Numbered from the whole stretch's first letter, positions 1 through 14,300 are shown. The stretch: DNA of 63,827 bases, filler included, from Octopus bimaculoides (GCF_001194135.2; 9 parts of 8 records of this genome joined end to end with filler, not necessarily neighbours in it), one strand, 5' to 3'. Program-made: numbers and translations. Notes: generated from the sequence alone by a model not told the origin.

Positions 1-34
<34 letters not shown>

Positions 35-269
35 GTGTGTATCTGTGTATTGGTCATATCTCATAATAATGATTATCTACAAGACATACTGTCCCACTCC
101 CCCTCACTACCACATCTATTTCCTCCGCACCTCACCCCCTGCTACCATCCCTGGGGCCTGGGTATTCATTACACCACAAGTCATCCTTTATACACCCTGC
201 TGCTATAGTTATCTCATCGTTGTTAACCTGGGCGCATCGCACTGATAAACACTGCACGCTCCACTGCTC

Positions 270-756
270 CTGTAAATAGTTCTGTTTAGTCCTTCACACC
301 ACCACCACCACCACCACAACCACCTTGCAGATTCTGAACCAAGCACCCACCTCCTTGTATTCCTATACATACATGGAAACCCCCAACACAACCACTATCA
401 CCACCACCACCACCACCACAACCAGTACAACCACAACCACTATGAACACCACTACCACCACCACTACCACCACCATGATAACCACTATCAATACCACTGC
501 CACTATCAACACCACCACCACCACCACCACCACCACCCATCACAACCACTATCACCACCACCACCAACACTACCACAATTACTAACATCATCACTACCAC
601 CACTACCACTACTACCCCCACCATCGTCACTCTTATGCCACTCTACTCTAGCCCACCACTATCACTATCCACTTCTAGCATCATTAACACTGCCACTATT
701 TCTACCATAACTACCACCTTCACCACCACCACCACCACCACCACCACCACCACCAC
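270..756. repeat. Imperfect (CAC/CAT/TAC)n trinucleotide microsatellite running into an assembly gap
   Basis: Long ACC/CAC runs; the poly-T/H/V/G ORFs here are translations of the repeat. Confidence 0.9.
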
Positions 757-1481
757 NNNNNNNNNNNNNNNNNNNNNNNNNNNNNNNNNNNNNNNNNNNN
801 NNNNNNNNNNNNNNNNNNNNNNNNNNNNNNNNNNNNNNNNNNNNNNNNNNNNNNNNNNNNNNNNNNNNNNNNNNNNNNNNNNNNNNNNNNNNNNNNNNNN
901 NNNNNNNNNNNNNNNNNNNNNNNNNNNNNNNNNNNNNNNNNNNNNNNNNNNNNNNNNNNNNNNNNNNNNNNNNNNNNNNNNNNNNNNNNNNNNNNNNNNN
1001 NNNNNNNNNNNNNNNNNNNNNNNNNNNNNNNNNNNNNNNNNNNNNNNNNNNNNNNNNNNNNNNNNNNNNNNNNNNNNNNNNNNNNNNNNNNNNNNNNNNN
1101 NNNNNNNNNNNNNNNNNNNNNNNNNNNNNNNNNNNNNNNNNNNNNNNNNNNNNNNNNNNNNNNNNNNNNNNNNNNNNNNNNNNNNNNNNNNNNNNNNNNN
1201 NNNNNNNNNNNNNNNNNNNNNNNNNNNNNNNNNNNNNNNNNNNNNNNNNNNNNNNNNNNNNNNNTATATATATAGTCACACATATATCTATATATATGTT
1301 TATATATATATATATATATATATGTAGATAGATATACATATCTGCATATATATATGTATATATAAGATATATATATGCATATAATATGAATATACAAACA
1401 TATATACATTAGATATACCTTATATATATATATATGTACATACACACACGCACATATGTATACATATATACACACACATAC

Positions 1482-1515
<34 letters not shown>

Positions 1516-2381
1516 TTCATTGATTCTGAAATGAGAGGATCAATCCACTTTCCATACCTTTGTATTTTTTTTTTCTCTCCAAAGCAAATTTAAATTCTTA
1601 ATTCACCTGAAGTAAATGGTTTCTTCTCAAGATGTAATCTAATTATTCACCAATAAAATCTGCATCCGAAACGGCTGTAGAGAACCTTTAACCTATTTGT
1701 GTTCTCATTTTATACACACACACACACACACACAGATGTACATACACACTTGCACACATCTGCACACTTAGACTTAGTTTGTTCTCATATATACATAAAT
1801 CTCTTGTATGCTGAAATGGGTATATAATATATATATATATATATATATTTATATCTAGATATGTATACATATACACACATGAGCGTATTAATATCTACAT
1901 ACATTTATAAGTATACTTGGAAATACAGGCACCTTTCACACATCTGAAAATGTTGTCTCTCACACTTGCACACATGCGCATACACACACACACACACACA
2001 CACACACATCAATATGCATATGCAAATGTAAGCATAGATACGTGCCCATGCAAGCCCATATACACACGTGTGCATGCGTAATTAATTGAAAAGAATAATT
2101 ACATACATACATACATAATCTCACATACGCTCACACGTATATTTGAATATATGTATCTGTATGTGCATATATATATATATATATATATANNNNNNNNNNN
2201 NNNNNNNNNNNNNNNNNNNNNNNNNNNNNNNNNNNNNNNNNNNNNNNNNNNNNNNNNNNNNNNNNNNNNNNNNNNNNNNNNNNNNNNNNNNNNNNNNNNN
2301 NNNNNNNNNNNNNNNNNNNNNNNNNNNNNNNNNNNNNNNNNNNNNNNNNNNNNNNNNNNNNNNNNNNNNNNNATATATATG

Positions 2382-2432
<51 letters not shown>

Positions 2433-3160
2433 GTGTATTTAAATGTGAGAGTGTGTGTGCATGTGTGTGTGTGTTTGTAGTATGTGTGCATGTGTTTAGG
2501 AATTCTTGTTATTAAGATATTAAGACATGTCCTGTTGCCTCTGGAGAAATCTGCATAATTAATGCTTTTGGTTAATGTGTGAAAGGAGTGGGGGTGGGGT
2601 GGAATGAAGGTAAGAAAGGAAGGAAGGAAGGAAGAAAGGAAGAGATGAAAGTAATCGTTTGTATAAGTCTGTATGTATATATGTTGAAGCCTGTATGTGC
2701 ATGTGTATATATGTATCTGCGCACATTTGTGTGATACAGAGAAGGATGGTTAGAATTATGCTGTCATGTCAAGCTAACTGTCCACCTATCATTTCACAAG
2801 CGCATCAATTTCAGATAGAAACACAAAGCCAGAAATTTTGGCAGCAAGTGTTGGTGGTATCTCTGGCCTTGGTCATTGATTATTATTCCATTTACATCTA
2901 CGATTTTCATCTCGGAATATTACATTAACTCTGGATTTCTTCCTCAATCATGAATAAGAAGGACAAAAGGACAAACGACTCAGTTGACTTCAGTAAGATT
3001 TGAACTCGAAACATAAATGGCTGTAAGAAAATACAGCAAGTCATTTTATCCAATACGCTAGCAATTTCTACAAATCCATTATCCTATCTTCGTATGTTAT
3101 GAGCATTAATTCTTTAGCATTCATGTGACTTTGACAAATGTAATGCTTAGGAATAGGGTA

Positions 3161-3792
3161 TACTCTTTTACTCTTTTACTCTTTTACATGTTTCAGTCAT
3201 TTGTCTGCGGCCATGCTGGAGCACCGCCTTTAGTCGAGAAAATCGACCCCAGGACATATTCTTTGTAAGCCTAGTACTTATTCTATCGGTCTCTTTTTGC
3301 CGAACCGCTAAGTTACGGGGACGTAAACACACCGGCATCGGTTGTCAAGTGATGTTGGGGGGACAAACACAGACACACAAACGCACACACACACACACAC
3401 ACACACNNNNNNNNNNNNNNNNNNNNNNNNNNNNNNNNNNNNNNNNNNNNNNNNNNNNNNNNNNNNNNNNNNNNNNNNNNNNNNNNNNNNNNNNNNNNNN
3501 NNNNNNNNNNNNNNNNNNNNNNNNNNNNNNNNNNNNNNNNNNNNNNNNNNNNNNNNNNNNNNNNNNNNNNNNNNNNNNNNNNNNNNNNNNNNNNNNNNNN
3601 NNNNNNNNNNNNNNNNNNNNNNNNNNNNNNNNNNNNNNNNNNNNNNNNNNNNNNNNNNNNNNNNNNNNNNNNNNNNNNNNNNNNNNNNNNNNNNNNNNNN
3701 NNNNNNNNNNNNNNNNNNNNNNNNNNNNNNNNNNNNNNNNNNNNNNNNNNNNNNNNNNNNNNNNNNNNNNNNNNNNNNNNNNNNNNNNNNNN

Positions 3793-3848
<56 letters not shown>

Positions 3849-4017
3849 GTATACATATATACAACGGGCTTCTTTCAGTTTCCGTCTACCAAATCCACTA
3901 ACAAGGCTTTGGTCAGCACGAGGCTATAGTAGAAGACACTTGTCCACAGTGCCACGCAGTGGGACTGAACTCGGAACCATGTGGTTGGTAAGCAAGCTAC
4001 TTACCACACAGCCACTC
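3161..4017 (-). mobile_element. tRNA-derived SINE family A, full length, central (CA)n broken by a gap
   Basis: The minus strand reads GTGGCTGTGTGGTAAG..GGTTCCGAGTTCAGTCCC (A/B-box-like), then the GCAC..GTGTCTTCTACTATAGCC core and the GCGGTGCTCCAGCATGGCCGCAG..GACTGAAAC..GTAAAAG tail. It matches more than 10 other copies in the window. Confidence 0.9.
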
Positions 4018-4196
4018 CTATGGGTATCTGTAAATTATCTTTACAATTTGAGAAATTCAGAAGAAAAGAAACAAATAAGGATAATTCAGCAGTATTTATT
4101 GGAGAATGTAAGCAACCAAATAAAGTTTTATTAGAAACATAAGAACACTTCCAGTTGTGCTCCATCAGTTACAGGCAACACATTGATGGATCTACT

Positions 4197-4777
4197 TTAA
4201 CTTTTTAGCATTTAAGCCAGCCATATCCAGTTCCAATATTCTACCTGTTTCATGTTCAGAATAGCCAGATCTGACCTCTCACACCAGCACTTCAATACCA
4301 TTCTAAAAATTAACAATTACCTCTTCAAATTCTTCAATATCATTCTAAAAATATCATTACCTCTTCAATATCATTCTAAAAATTAGCAATTATCTCTTCA
4401 AAATCTCAAAGCTATAAAATAATACAAGTCCTCAGTCAAATCGTCCAACCTATGCTAGCATGGAAAGCGGACGTTAAACGATGACGATGATGATGATGAA
4501 GATTAATTCAAACCATTCTGAATGAATAAGCATTACATTTGGAGTAATCTAAATGCTGTAGGGTTAAACCAGCCATATCCTGTCCAAATATTCTATCTGT
4601 TTTATGTTCAAACCAGCCAGATCTGGCCTCTCACACCTACCTTGCAATGTCATTCTACAAATAAGCAATCACATCATCAAAATTTCAAAGCTATGAGATA
4701 ATGCATGATTAATTAAAAACAATTAGAATAAATAAGCATTACATTTGACACAGTAACCTGGATTCTAAAAGGGTTAA
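4197..4777. mobile_element. Two tandem PiggyBac-like (TTAA) MITE copies
   Basis: TTAA-CTTTTTAGCATT (4197) ... AATGCTGTAGGG-TTAA (4567). A second, 5'-truncated copy shares that TTAA and ends TCTAAAAGGG-TTAA (4777). The internal CCAGCCATATCC..CCAGATCTG.CCTCTCACACC is duplicated. Confidence 0.65.
4428..4498. mobile_element. RTE-like LINE/SINE 3' end with (GAT)n tail, nested in the MITE
   Basis: GTCCAACCTATGCTAGCATGGAAAGCGGACGTTAAACGATGA(TGA)n; the same sequence recurs at 6766, 36415, 38328 and 61195. The RTE assignment is from the short-repeat tail and is an inference. Confidence 0.65.
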
Positions 4778-5193
4778 TAGTTACAATAAATTGTAAAAGT
4801 TGTAAAGATATTGCACCTTTGATGAACAAGTGTGAAGGAACCACTGACAATGCAGAAGCCATCAGGCTTGTTCACACATCGTTATCTACTTGAAGAAGCA
4901 TGATCAGATCTGGAAGAAGCACGATTGTCGATTCTTTGTTACTAGGTTATATGTATCTCAGTATGTCAAATTTATTTATAAATGTATAAAAAAGTTAACC
5001 TTCCAATTGCAAAACAAAAAAAAACTAGGGTACAGAGTGAAAACTGATTACAAATTTGAAATTAGCGCAAAAATGACAGAATCGGTAACAAAAATCATTT
5101 GCAAAAGAAAGGTTTTAAAAAAGCTGTTGTCCAGTTTTGAATTAACCATGCATTTTCTTGTAGCTTCATGATTTCAATGATGTGACTGTTTAT

Positions 5194-5335
5194 TTCCTTC
5201 ACCCTAGCGAAGGTGGAGGTATTGTTTTCAGTTGCATTTGTTTGCTTGTTTGTCCGTGGCCAAGATATTTCAAGAACCGCTGGATGGATTCAGATGAAAC
5301 TTTTAGGGATGTTTGGCCTCGCGTCCGGCACAAAC
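5194..5335 (+). mobile_element. DINE-1/HINE-like (Helentron-associated) non-autonomous element end
   Basis: Terminal hairpin CCTTCACC..GGTGGAGG, then TTGTTTGCTTGTTTGTCCGT and ACCGCTGGATGGATTCAGATGAAACTTT, the typical layout of such elements. Confidence 0.5.
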
Positions 5336-5990
5336 TTGTTTGTTAATTTCATGAGCAGGCTGTTCCGTTGACTGGATCAACTGGAACTTCATTATAATCG
5401 ACGGAGTGCCAGTCCTTAGTCTATATATGCGTGTGTGTGTGTGTGTTTCTGCGTGCGTGTTCATGTGAGTGATTTTGTATGTCCTTCATGTTCCACACAC
5501 GTGTTTCTCACATCGGTTTAAAATGATGGTGTCACTTGCTTGTAGTCCACTATGAAAGCATGTCTGGTCATTTTTCTGCATAATGAGGGAGAAGGGTGTC
5601 CCACAAGATTTCCTGGGAAATTGAAAAGTCTAGCATTTGAAGAGATAATTGAATACAGTCAAAACTTGGCGCCATTATTGGTTGGAATCTTTACCTTTGA
5701 GGTTTCTCTCATTCATTGCTGTGATTCTTGTACAGCGATCTTTAATTAAATGTGAAAGCTCACTGAAATTGAGATTTTATAATTAACAGTAAGAACAGTA
5801 GTAAACAACAACAGATTTCTTTTTGGCATAATATATATATATATATGTACATACATACATACATACATACCTACATACACATACACACAGAGACACACAC
5901 ACACATATATTTGTATGTGCATCATTATCATCATTATTTAATGCTCGTTTTCCTGTTTTTCATGATGGATTATATATATATGTATGTATA

Positions 5991-6049
<59 letters not shown>

Positions 6050-6765
6050 GCATGTATTATATTTACGTATCTTTAAATGTTGAATTGTGTTGAATGAGAG
6101 GGGAGTGCTCAGTTGCTCAATACATATTGCAGGATAGGTAGCTTTTTGAACAAATATGATTATTTCACAACTTCAGTTTCATGCCACAGCAATCTTCATG
6201 TGAGAACTGTTACAACTCAGTTTCATGGCTTATTTATATTCATTGGTTTGAGTGTGCTCTCCTGCTTTTATATCTGTATTTATTTAAAAATTTTATTGTA
6301 AATGATAATTGACGGTTATTACGTCTCATCATTCTTGATGTTTATTTTTCTTGTATTTTGTTGAGGAGGCAGACATTTAGAATGTTTTTCATTGTGTTAT
6401 ATTTACACATTTATATTTAATGACATTATCTTTTAATACAATTAAGGGTGTTTGTATCTTGTGTTTCTAGTCAAGTTTGTTTTTTGGCATGAATCATGAT
6501 GTGTTTGTAAACATTGATAGTGAGGATGGTTTTGTTGAAGAAAATTTTGTTGTGGTTAAGTTTTAGGAAAGTTGAACAACTCATTTTTTTTAATGACTGT
6601 GTGCTGTTGGGAATTTAACTGTAGAGTTAATTAACGGCGTTAATATGTGGAGAAGCTTCACATATTGTATGTTGCATTTCATGGTTGAGTGGATTTTACC
6701 TATGTGTTTGGTCAAGTATGAAGGATTTTATGTGGAATAGGGATTTTAGTGTCGTTTATTGAGAT

Positions 6766-6905
6766 TCATCATCATCATCATCATTTAACGTCCGTTTTCC
6801 ATGCTGGCATGGGTTGGACGGTTTGACAGGAGCTGGCCAGGCAGGAGCCTGCACCAGACTTCTGTGTCTGTTTTGGCAGGGATTTTACGGCTGGATGCCC
6901 TTCCT
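6766..6905. mobile_element. RTE-like 3' tail repeat
   Basis: (CAT)n-TTAACGTCCGTTTTCCATGCTGGCATGGGTTGGACGG..GGCTGGATGCCCTTCC. Confidence 0.65.
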
Positions 6906-7463
6906 AAAATCAACCTCACCCCACCCACCCAGCAAACTAATTAAAGATTTGTGTATCTTATTGGAGATCACATGTTTTGGAAATGATAACAATTTAGGTC
7001 CATTCGTGTCTGTATGTGTGTATGGCCGAGTATCTCTGTTGTGGTCAAGACTTGTTTATTACCTCACACCTTGATGTCCCTGTTCATTTCGATTGGTTAT
7101 ATCTATATGTCATAACTTTACAGTTCAGCAAAAGAGGCTGATAGAATAAATACCACACTTTAAGGAAAAGGGTACATGGGTCAGTTCATTCGTCTAAAAT
7201 TCTTTAAGGCAGTGCCCCAGCATGGCCGCAGTCTAATGACTGAAACAAGTAAAAGTAAAAGATAAAAGATATATATATTAGGTATTCCCAGTGGCTTTTC
7301 GCCACTGGTACCACCTAAAGTGAACAATATCAACGTTAAAGGAGTGAAATTGTAAGGATTTTTTCAATGTTGACTGATGAGGAATTAGCTACAAATCTTC
7401 TGTTTGTTATGTTTTTGTTAAATTTTCTGTTTATTGTGTTTTTGTCAAGTTTTAGAAATACAT

Positions 7464-8060
7464 AGGTGCAGGCGTGGCTGTGTGGTAAGAAGCTTGCTTC
7501 CCAACCACATGGTTCCGGGTTCAATCCCACTGCGTGACACCTTGGGTAAGAGGCTTTTACTGTAGCCTCAGGTCAACCAAAGCCTTGTGAGTGGATTTGG
7601 CAGATGGAAACTGAAAGAATCCCACCATATATATATATATATATATATATANNNNNNNNNNNNNNNNNNNNNNNNNNNNNNNNNNNNNNNNNNNNNNNNN
7701 NNNNNNNNNNNNNNNNNNNNNNNNNNNNNNNNNNNNNNNNNNNNNNNNNNNNNNNNNNNNNNNNNNNNNNNNNNNNNNNNNNNNNNNNNNNNNNNNNNNN
7801 NNNNNNNNNNNNNNNNNNNNNNNNNNNNNNNNNNNNNNNNNNNNNNNNNNNNNNNNNNNNNNNNNNNNNNNNNNNNNNNNNNNNNNNNNNNNNNNNNNNN
7901 NNNNNNNNNNNNNNNNNNNNNNNNNNNNNNNNNNNNNNNNNNNNNNNNNNNNNNNNNNNNNNNNNNNNNNNNNNNNNNNNNNNNNNNNNNNNNNNNNNCC
8001 TTTAAGGCGGTGCTCCAGCATGGCCGCAGTCAAATTCCTGAAATAAGTAAAAGAATAAAA
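7464..8060 (+). mobile_element. SINE family A, gap-interrupted
   Basis: Head GGCGTGGCTGTGTGGTAAGAAGC..GGTTCCGGGTTCAATCCC; the family tail follows the gap. Confidence 0.88.
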
Positions 8061-8687
8061 GAATGCACACACACACACACTGAGAGTGAAAGAGATATAG
8101 AGGAAAAGAAAGCAAGAGTTAGCTTCCTCTTGTTTTAGCTTATTGAGGAAACACAACAATTCTGAAGGGGTTTCATTTTATCATAAATCCCCCCCCCCCA
8201 CACACACACGTCGCTCATTGTTCGTAATTGTTATTGTCACTCTTGTTTCATTCTCGGAATTTTCCCAAGATATCCTTTCCGGAAAGAGCATGGGAAAATG
8301 CTGATTTATAATTGTTTAAACAATTCAATAAAAGATTGCTTGGAATAATTTTGCTTTGTCTCGATGCTGCTTCCTTTCAGCATACATGTATTATCATCAT
8401 TATTATTATCGTCATCATCATCATCATCGTCATCGTCATTCTCATTCTCATTATTATTATGTATGCATACATACTGACTCATATATACATATGCGCTTGG
8501 ATTGATATCTGTGTATGTGTTTATTGATCTACATATCTAACTATTCATCAATGTATAGCTGTCTGTGTTTCTATGTTGTACTTCTTTAAGTATTGTTTAT
8601 ATATGTACATAAACAATATTTAAAAATTATGTTGTTTGCTTACATTAAAATCTCAGCTTTTAATAGGCATGTCTGAGTGTATGTATT

Positions 8688-8721
<34 letters not shown>

Positions 8722-8817
8722 TGTGTGCATGAATATATAACTATATGGCTATATGCACTTTTACACATGCATATGTATGTGTATCAGAGTGTCTGTGTAT
8801 GTTCACATGTATACGTG

Positions 8818-8868
<51 letters not shown>

Positions 8869-9441
8869 ACACATTCATATACAATAATGCACACATACAC
8901 TCACACATGCAGACATATTTATGTGTCTGTGTGTGTGTATATATATATATATATATTTATATATATGCATGTGTGTGTATATATATGTATATATATATTT
9001 ATATATATGTGTGTGTGCGTATATATTTATATATAATCATATTGTAGGAAACAAAAAGTTACATAACAGCAACAACAGATAACAACAACAACAACAAGAG
9101 GAACACTGCCTCCATCACAATGACAGGAAATATACACATATAAAAGACATATTGAAAAAAAAGAAATAATCGTAACAACAACCAGAAACAATTGAAGGAA
9201 ACTCTTCATTTTAAAGATATTTTAAAACAACTAAAAGAAACTTCAATTGACTTTGTGTTTATCTGTGTGTGTATGTGTGCATATGTGCATGTGTGCATGC
9301 ATCTGTGTATATGTGTGTGTCTATATGAGTGTGTATGGAAATTGTAGTTGCCATTATTTTAATCCATATTGTAGAATTACTATGGCAGTAACAGATATGT
9401 TATTGCTATATACAGACACTCATGCACATACCTATATAAGA

Positions 9442-9491
<50 letters not shown>

Positions 9492-9596
9492 TTTTATTCT
9501 TTTGCTTATTTCAGTCATCTGACTGCAACCATGTTGGAGCACTACCTTAAATNNNNNNNNNNNNNNNNNNNNNNNNNNNNNNNNNNNNNNNNNNNN

Positions 9597-9608
9597 TTAA
9601 TTAATTAA
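9597..9608. other. Artificial scaffold gap spacer TTAATTAATTAA (also near 12724, 36360, 38978, 41197, 47061, 57943, 60216)
   Basis: An identical 12-mer centred in similarly sized N runs eight times. Confidence 0.9.
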
Positions 9609-10473
9609 NNNNNNNNNNNNNNNNNNNNNNNNNNNNNNNNNNNNNNNNNNNNATATATATGTATGTATGTATGTATGTGTGTGTGTGTGTGTGTGTATGT
9701 GTGTGTAGTAACAGTCCTTTATTAAAAAAAAAATATTGATTTGATCTTATCCGTACTCAATCCTTGTTTTTGCTTATCTTTTCTTTATTTTCTTTACTGA
9801 GTTCTCCCTTCCATAATATACGTATAGACAGAGATTTAATTATTAGTTACTGTGAATAATCCTTATTTAAGTAACTTCAATTTTTTCTTTTCTTTTAATT
9901 CTGAAAAAGTAACTAGTAATACTTCGATATTCATTATTATAGCCTAACTCTATATTTATGAGGTAATATAAGTAGTAGTTATTATAGCTCTAATAATCTA
10001 TTCATATTTATTACGGAATTCTCCCTCCGATAAACTAATTAAATTAAGACCATTTAAATATTTTTTTTTATATCAATAACTTTAAAATGAAAGAGAAGAG
10101 TCGGTATATATTATTAATATAGTACTCTATTATCATTTGAATTTCGTTAAAAGTTTTATTACAGTCTTTAGATTAAGTAAGTCCATGATACGTAATTTAT
10201 ATACTTATATATTGCTGTTGTATGTTATTAAAACAGCCGAAGATTGTCTTTGACCTAAACGAATTTGGATGAATATTATGTGAGATATATAGAAATATAT
10301 TTCGATAGGTGTAGATACTATGTACTTAATTATTTTGTCCGTTGTTATTCTGTTGATGTCTTGTTTCTTTGTAATTTCTTACGTATTTGAAACGTTGACG
10401 CTCACGTTCGCTCATAAACATAGACTTTTGAAATAATAACTTTACGATCCAGCCGTCCTTTCACATGAAATTT

Positions 10474-10563
10474 GAAAGCTCTGAAGAGACTTATATAAAA
10501 GGTAATGAAGTCTTTATAAATAAAATAATGTATATAAGTCGAAGCAAATTATTGTCTCTTTCG
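10474..10563 (+). ncRNA. Degenerate type I hammerhead ribozyme with long stem II
   Basis: CTGAAGA at 10481; perfect 10-bp stem II GACTTATATA/TATATAAGTC; GAAG instead of GAAA; stem III CAA/TTG; GTC triplet; imperfect stem I GAAAG/CTTTC. Confidence 0.55.
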
Positions 10564-11499
10564 TTTTTTAACGATCTTTTCATGTTATCTTATATTATTT
10601 TCAAAGTATATTATAATAGAAATACGTTATTGGATTATCAATTGAATCTCTCTATTTAATTTATTGTTTATATATGTGTGTGTGTGAGTGCGTTTGTGTG
10701 TGTGCATTTGTGTGTGTGCTTGTGTGTGAATTTGTTTGTGTGTGAGGATGTGAGTGTACGCAAGTGTAGATTGTTTTTGCAGACTTAGACATAGAGATGT
10801 ATTTAATATATTGCCATTAAACCACTGAATGAAACTATTATCTGAGCATGAACTATCTGTATGTATTCATATATTCCTACATACATGCATACATACATAC
10901 ATACATACATATATATATATATANNNNNNNNNNNNNNNNNNNNNNNNNNNNNNNNNNNNNNNNNNNNNNNNNNNNNNNNNNNNNNNNNNNNNNNNNNNNN
11001 NNNNNNNNNNNNNNNNNNNNNNNNNNNNNNNNNNNNNNNNNNNNNNNNNNNNNNNNNNNNNNNNNNNNNNNNNNNNNNNNNNNNNNNNNNNNNNNNNNNN
11101 NNNNNNNNNNNNNNNNNNNNNNNNNNNNNNNNNNNNNNNNNNNNNNNNNNNNNNNNNNNNNNNNNNNNNNNNNNNNNNNNNNNNNNNNNNNNNNNNNNNN
11201 NNNNNNNNNNNNNNNNNNNNNNNNNNNNNNNNNNNNNNNNNNNNNNNNNNNNNNNNNNNNNNNNNNNNNNNNNNNNNNNNNNNNNNNNNNNNNNNNNNNN
11301 NNNNNNNNNNNNNNNNNNNNNNNNNNNNNNNNNNNNNNNNNNNNNNNNNNNNNNNNNNNNNNNNNNNNNNNNNNNNNNNNNNNNNNNNNNNNNNNNNNNN
11401 NNNNNNNNNNNNNNNNNNNNNNNNNNNNNCGTCTCAGCAGGTCCCTTCTTGAATTCCTCATGAGAAGAGCGTGAGGTCGGCCATGTCTCAATTTTGTAT

Positions 11500-12600
11500 G
11501 TGCTAGTACATCCGTAGCGCTGCTTCTAAGTTATGTATTATACGTGCAGCTTCCTTTTTTCCCCTTCTTTTTATTCTCTTCTTTTTTGTTATAAACAAAA
11601 ATGAACCTAAACACATCCAGATATAGCTAAATAATATATTGATTACCAACGGCCAGCCTGTTGTTAATTTGGGGCTGTAGTCTGTGTATGAGTATAGCTT
11701 CCTTAATTCTTAAATTACCTAAATTTCTTTCATTGGCCTCAGTTGTGACTGTTATGCTTTTGTCGGTGTTCCGGCATCTATCTAGATGTTTTCTGAAGGA
11801 GGAGGCTTTCGTGTTGAGATGTTCTTTGATGCGGACATGTAACGGTCTTGTTGTGCTACCCACATAGAACTTGTTGCATTTGTTACATTGTATTCTATAC
11901 ACAATTACCATTGACATAAATCTGTGTCACGGATGGGATAGTTTGTTAGTGTGCATCGATTGCTGTCCCTCGTATCTTTGCGAGGTGTCCTCTCAGAGAG
12001 GGTCGAAGCGGGTTAGTTGTATATGTCTAGCCCTTCTCTTCTTATGGCTGTTGTAATTCTCTCGCTAAAATAGAGTGCAGTATGTTGGTCGTCTTGGGCA
12101 CTTAAGCCAATTTACAATATATTTAGGAAGCGTGCAGTGTGGGTCACCTTGTCCTCTGTTCTTCCGCACTTGCCATGGATGCGTGCAAGTTCATTTATGT
12201 CGTATTCTATTTTGGCACCGAGTGGAAGAGCTGAATTGTATCGAACAATCATATCTCTATCGGATGCTTTCCTGTAGAATTCGGTGTGAATCTCCCCTTC
12301 TTCCGTTATGTTCAGTTTGAAGTCAAGTAGTGATAGTGATCCAGTGATGTCGGGGTGTTCTATAGTGAACTTTATATTCATGTCCATGTTATTGAACGTC
12401 GTGAATATTCTGTCAGACTCTTCACGGGAAGATGTGAGTATGACGTCAGTATATCCTGCTTTCATCATGAAGACAGCAACGTTGCAACACTTAGCATCAC
12501 TTTGTCTTTCTGTGACTTAAATCCTGTGGCTCAGGCTTCTTCCTTCATGATATACATTCTGAATTTAACGTTCAGTCTCGTGTTGTATATATCTTTGATC
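11500..12600 (-). mobile_element. Penelope-like retroelement, 3' part: RT C-terminal half plus GIY-YIG endonuclease, frameshifted
   Basis: ORF 12112-12468: NIKFTIEHP..SLSLLDFKL..TEFYRK (PLE RT/thumb). ORF 11627-11917: VIVYRIQCNKCNKFYVGSTTRPLHVRIKEH (GIY-YIG). Confidence 0.92.
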
Positions 12601-13194
12601 TCTCATCGTTACCCCAAGTATTACCGGTACGATACACTGTACGTATATGTGTGTGTGTGTGCGTGTGTATATATATATANNNNNNNNNNNNNNNNNNNNN
12701 NNNNNNNNNNNNNNNNNNNNNNNTTAATTAATTAANNNNNNNNNNNNNNNNNNNNNNNNNNNNNNNNNNNNNNNNNNNNATATATACATACATATATATA
12801 TACATATATATATATACATACATATATATATATGCATATATACACATATATATAAACACACACATACATATATATATACATACATATATATATACACATA
12901 TATATATATACACATACATATATACACATACATATATACACATATATATATATATATACATACATACATGTATACACATATATATATATATATACATACA
13001 TACATGTATACACACATACATATATATATACACATACATACACACACACACACACATATGTGTGTGTGTATACACATACACATATTGCCTACAACAGACC
13101 CAGAAGTGCCACCCCTTTAAAAATGCCATTCGAGGCGGTACGCCCCTACACCCCTTAGCTACGTTGGTACGATGTATATGCGTGTATGTGTGTG

Positions 13195-13412
13195 TATGTG
13201 TGTGTGTATGTTTGTCCCCCAACATCGCTTGACAACCGATGCTGATGTGTTTACGTCCACGTAACTGAGCGGTTCGGTAAAAGAGAGACCGATAGAATAA
13301 GTACTAGGCTTACAAAGAATAAGTCCTGGGGTTGATTTGTTCGACTAAAGGCAGTGCTCCAGCATGGCCGCAGTCAAATGACTGAAACAAGTAAAAGAGA
13401 GAGTAAAAGAGT
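13195..13412 (+). mobile_element. SINE family A, 3' half
   Basis: GTCCCCCAACATCGCTTGACAACCGATGCT..GACTGAAACAAGTAAAAG. Confidence 0.85.
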
Positions 13413-13806
13413 ATATATATATATATTTATATATATATAGATATCCATCTTATATTCTCATGCGGTGTTCGATTAACAAGGAACTACAGTGGATAAAACG
13501 TTCTAATCGAAGTAAATATTATTGGGTTTTTTTTTTTTTGGTTTTTTTCCTATGATATTTGAATGACTTTTAAAGCTGAAAGCTGCGTGGACCGACAGTG
13601 TCGTTCGCTGAAATCTATTTGTGCTGAAGTTAAGCAATCGGAGTGATCTTCCCTTGGTCTGCTTAACGAGGTAGATGTTACGCTCTAAGTGTGTGTGTGT
13701 GTGTGTGTCTGTGTGTGTGTTCATGTGTGTGTGTGTGTGTGTTCATGTGTGTGTGTGTGTGTTTGTGGACTGTCGGGTCAGCAGTGCATGCATGCACACA
13801 CACACA

Positions 13807-13837
<31 letters not shown>

Positions 13838-13916
13838 CAACAGGCAAACACTTATTCAGATACACACAAACACATACATATACGCATCTCTCTCTCACTC
13901 TCTCTCTCCCGCTCGT

Positions 13917-13967
<51 letters not shown>

Positions 13968-14059
13968 TTATTTTAAATATAAATATACATATATAATATA
14001 TAATATGTATAATACATATATATTACATATACTGCATATATTTGTGTGTGAGTGCGTGT

Positions 14060-14091
<32 letters not shown>

Positions 14092-14268
14092 GATAATAAT
14101 AATAATAATAATAAAGTTGGTACCCTTAATCACCTTAGTGACGTCTGCACTTTGGCCTATATACACACACACACACATATGTATATATTTACACACACAA
14201 GCACACGCATTTATATACATATGTATGCACCTCTATTTATGTGTGTGCATATATATATACATATATAC

Positions 14269-14300
<32 letters not shown>

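Noticed and set aside
286-630. Poly-T/V/G/H ORFs; also the YI/CV/TH/SL ORFs throughout
   Set aside because: Translations of di-, tri- and tetranucleotide repeats.
9597-9608. TTAATTAATTAA as a biological motif
   Set aside because: Always centred in N runs; an assembly spacer.
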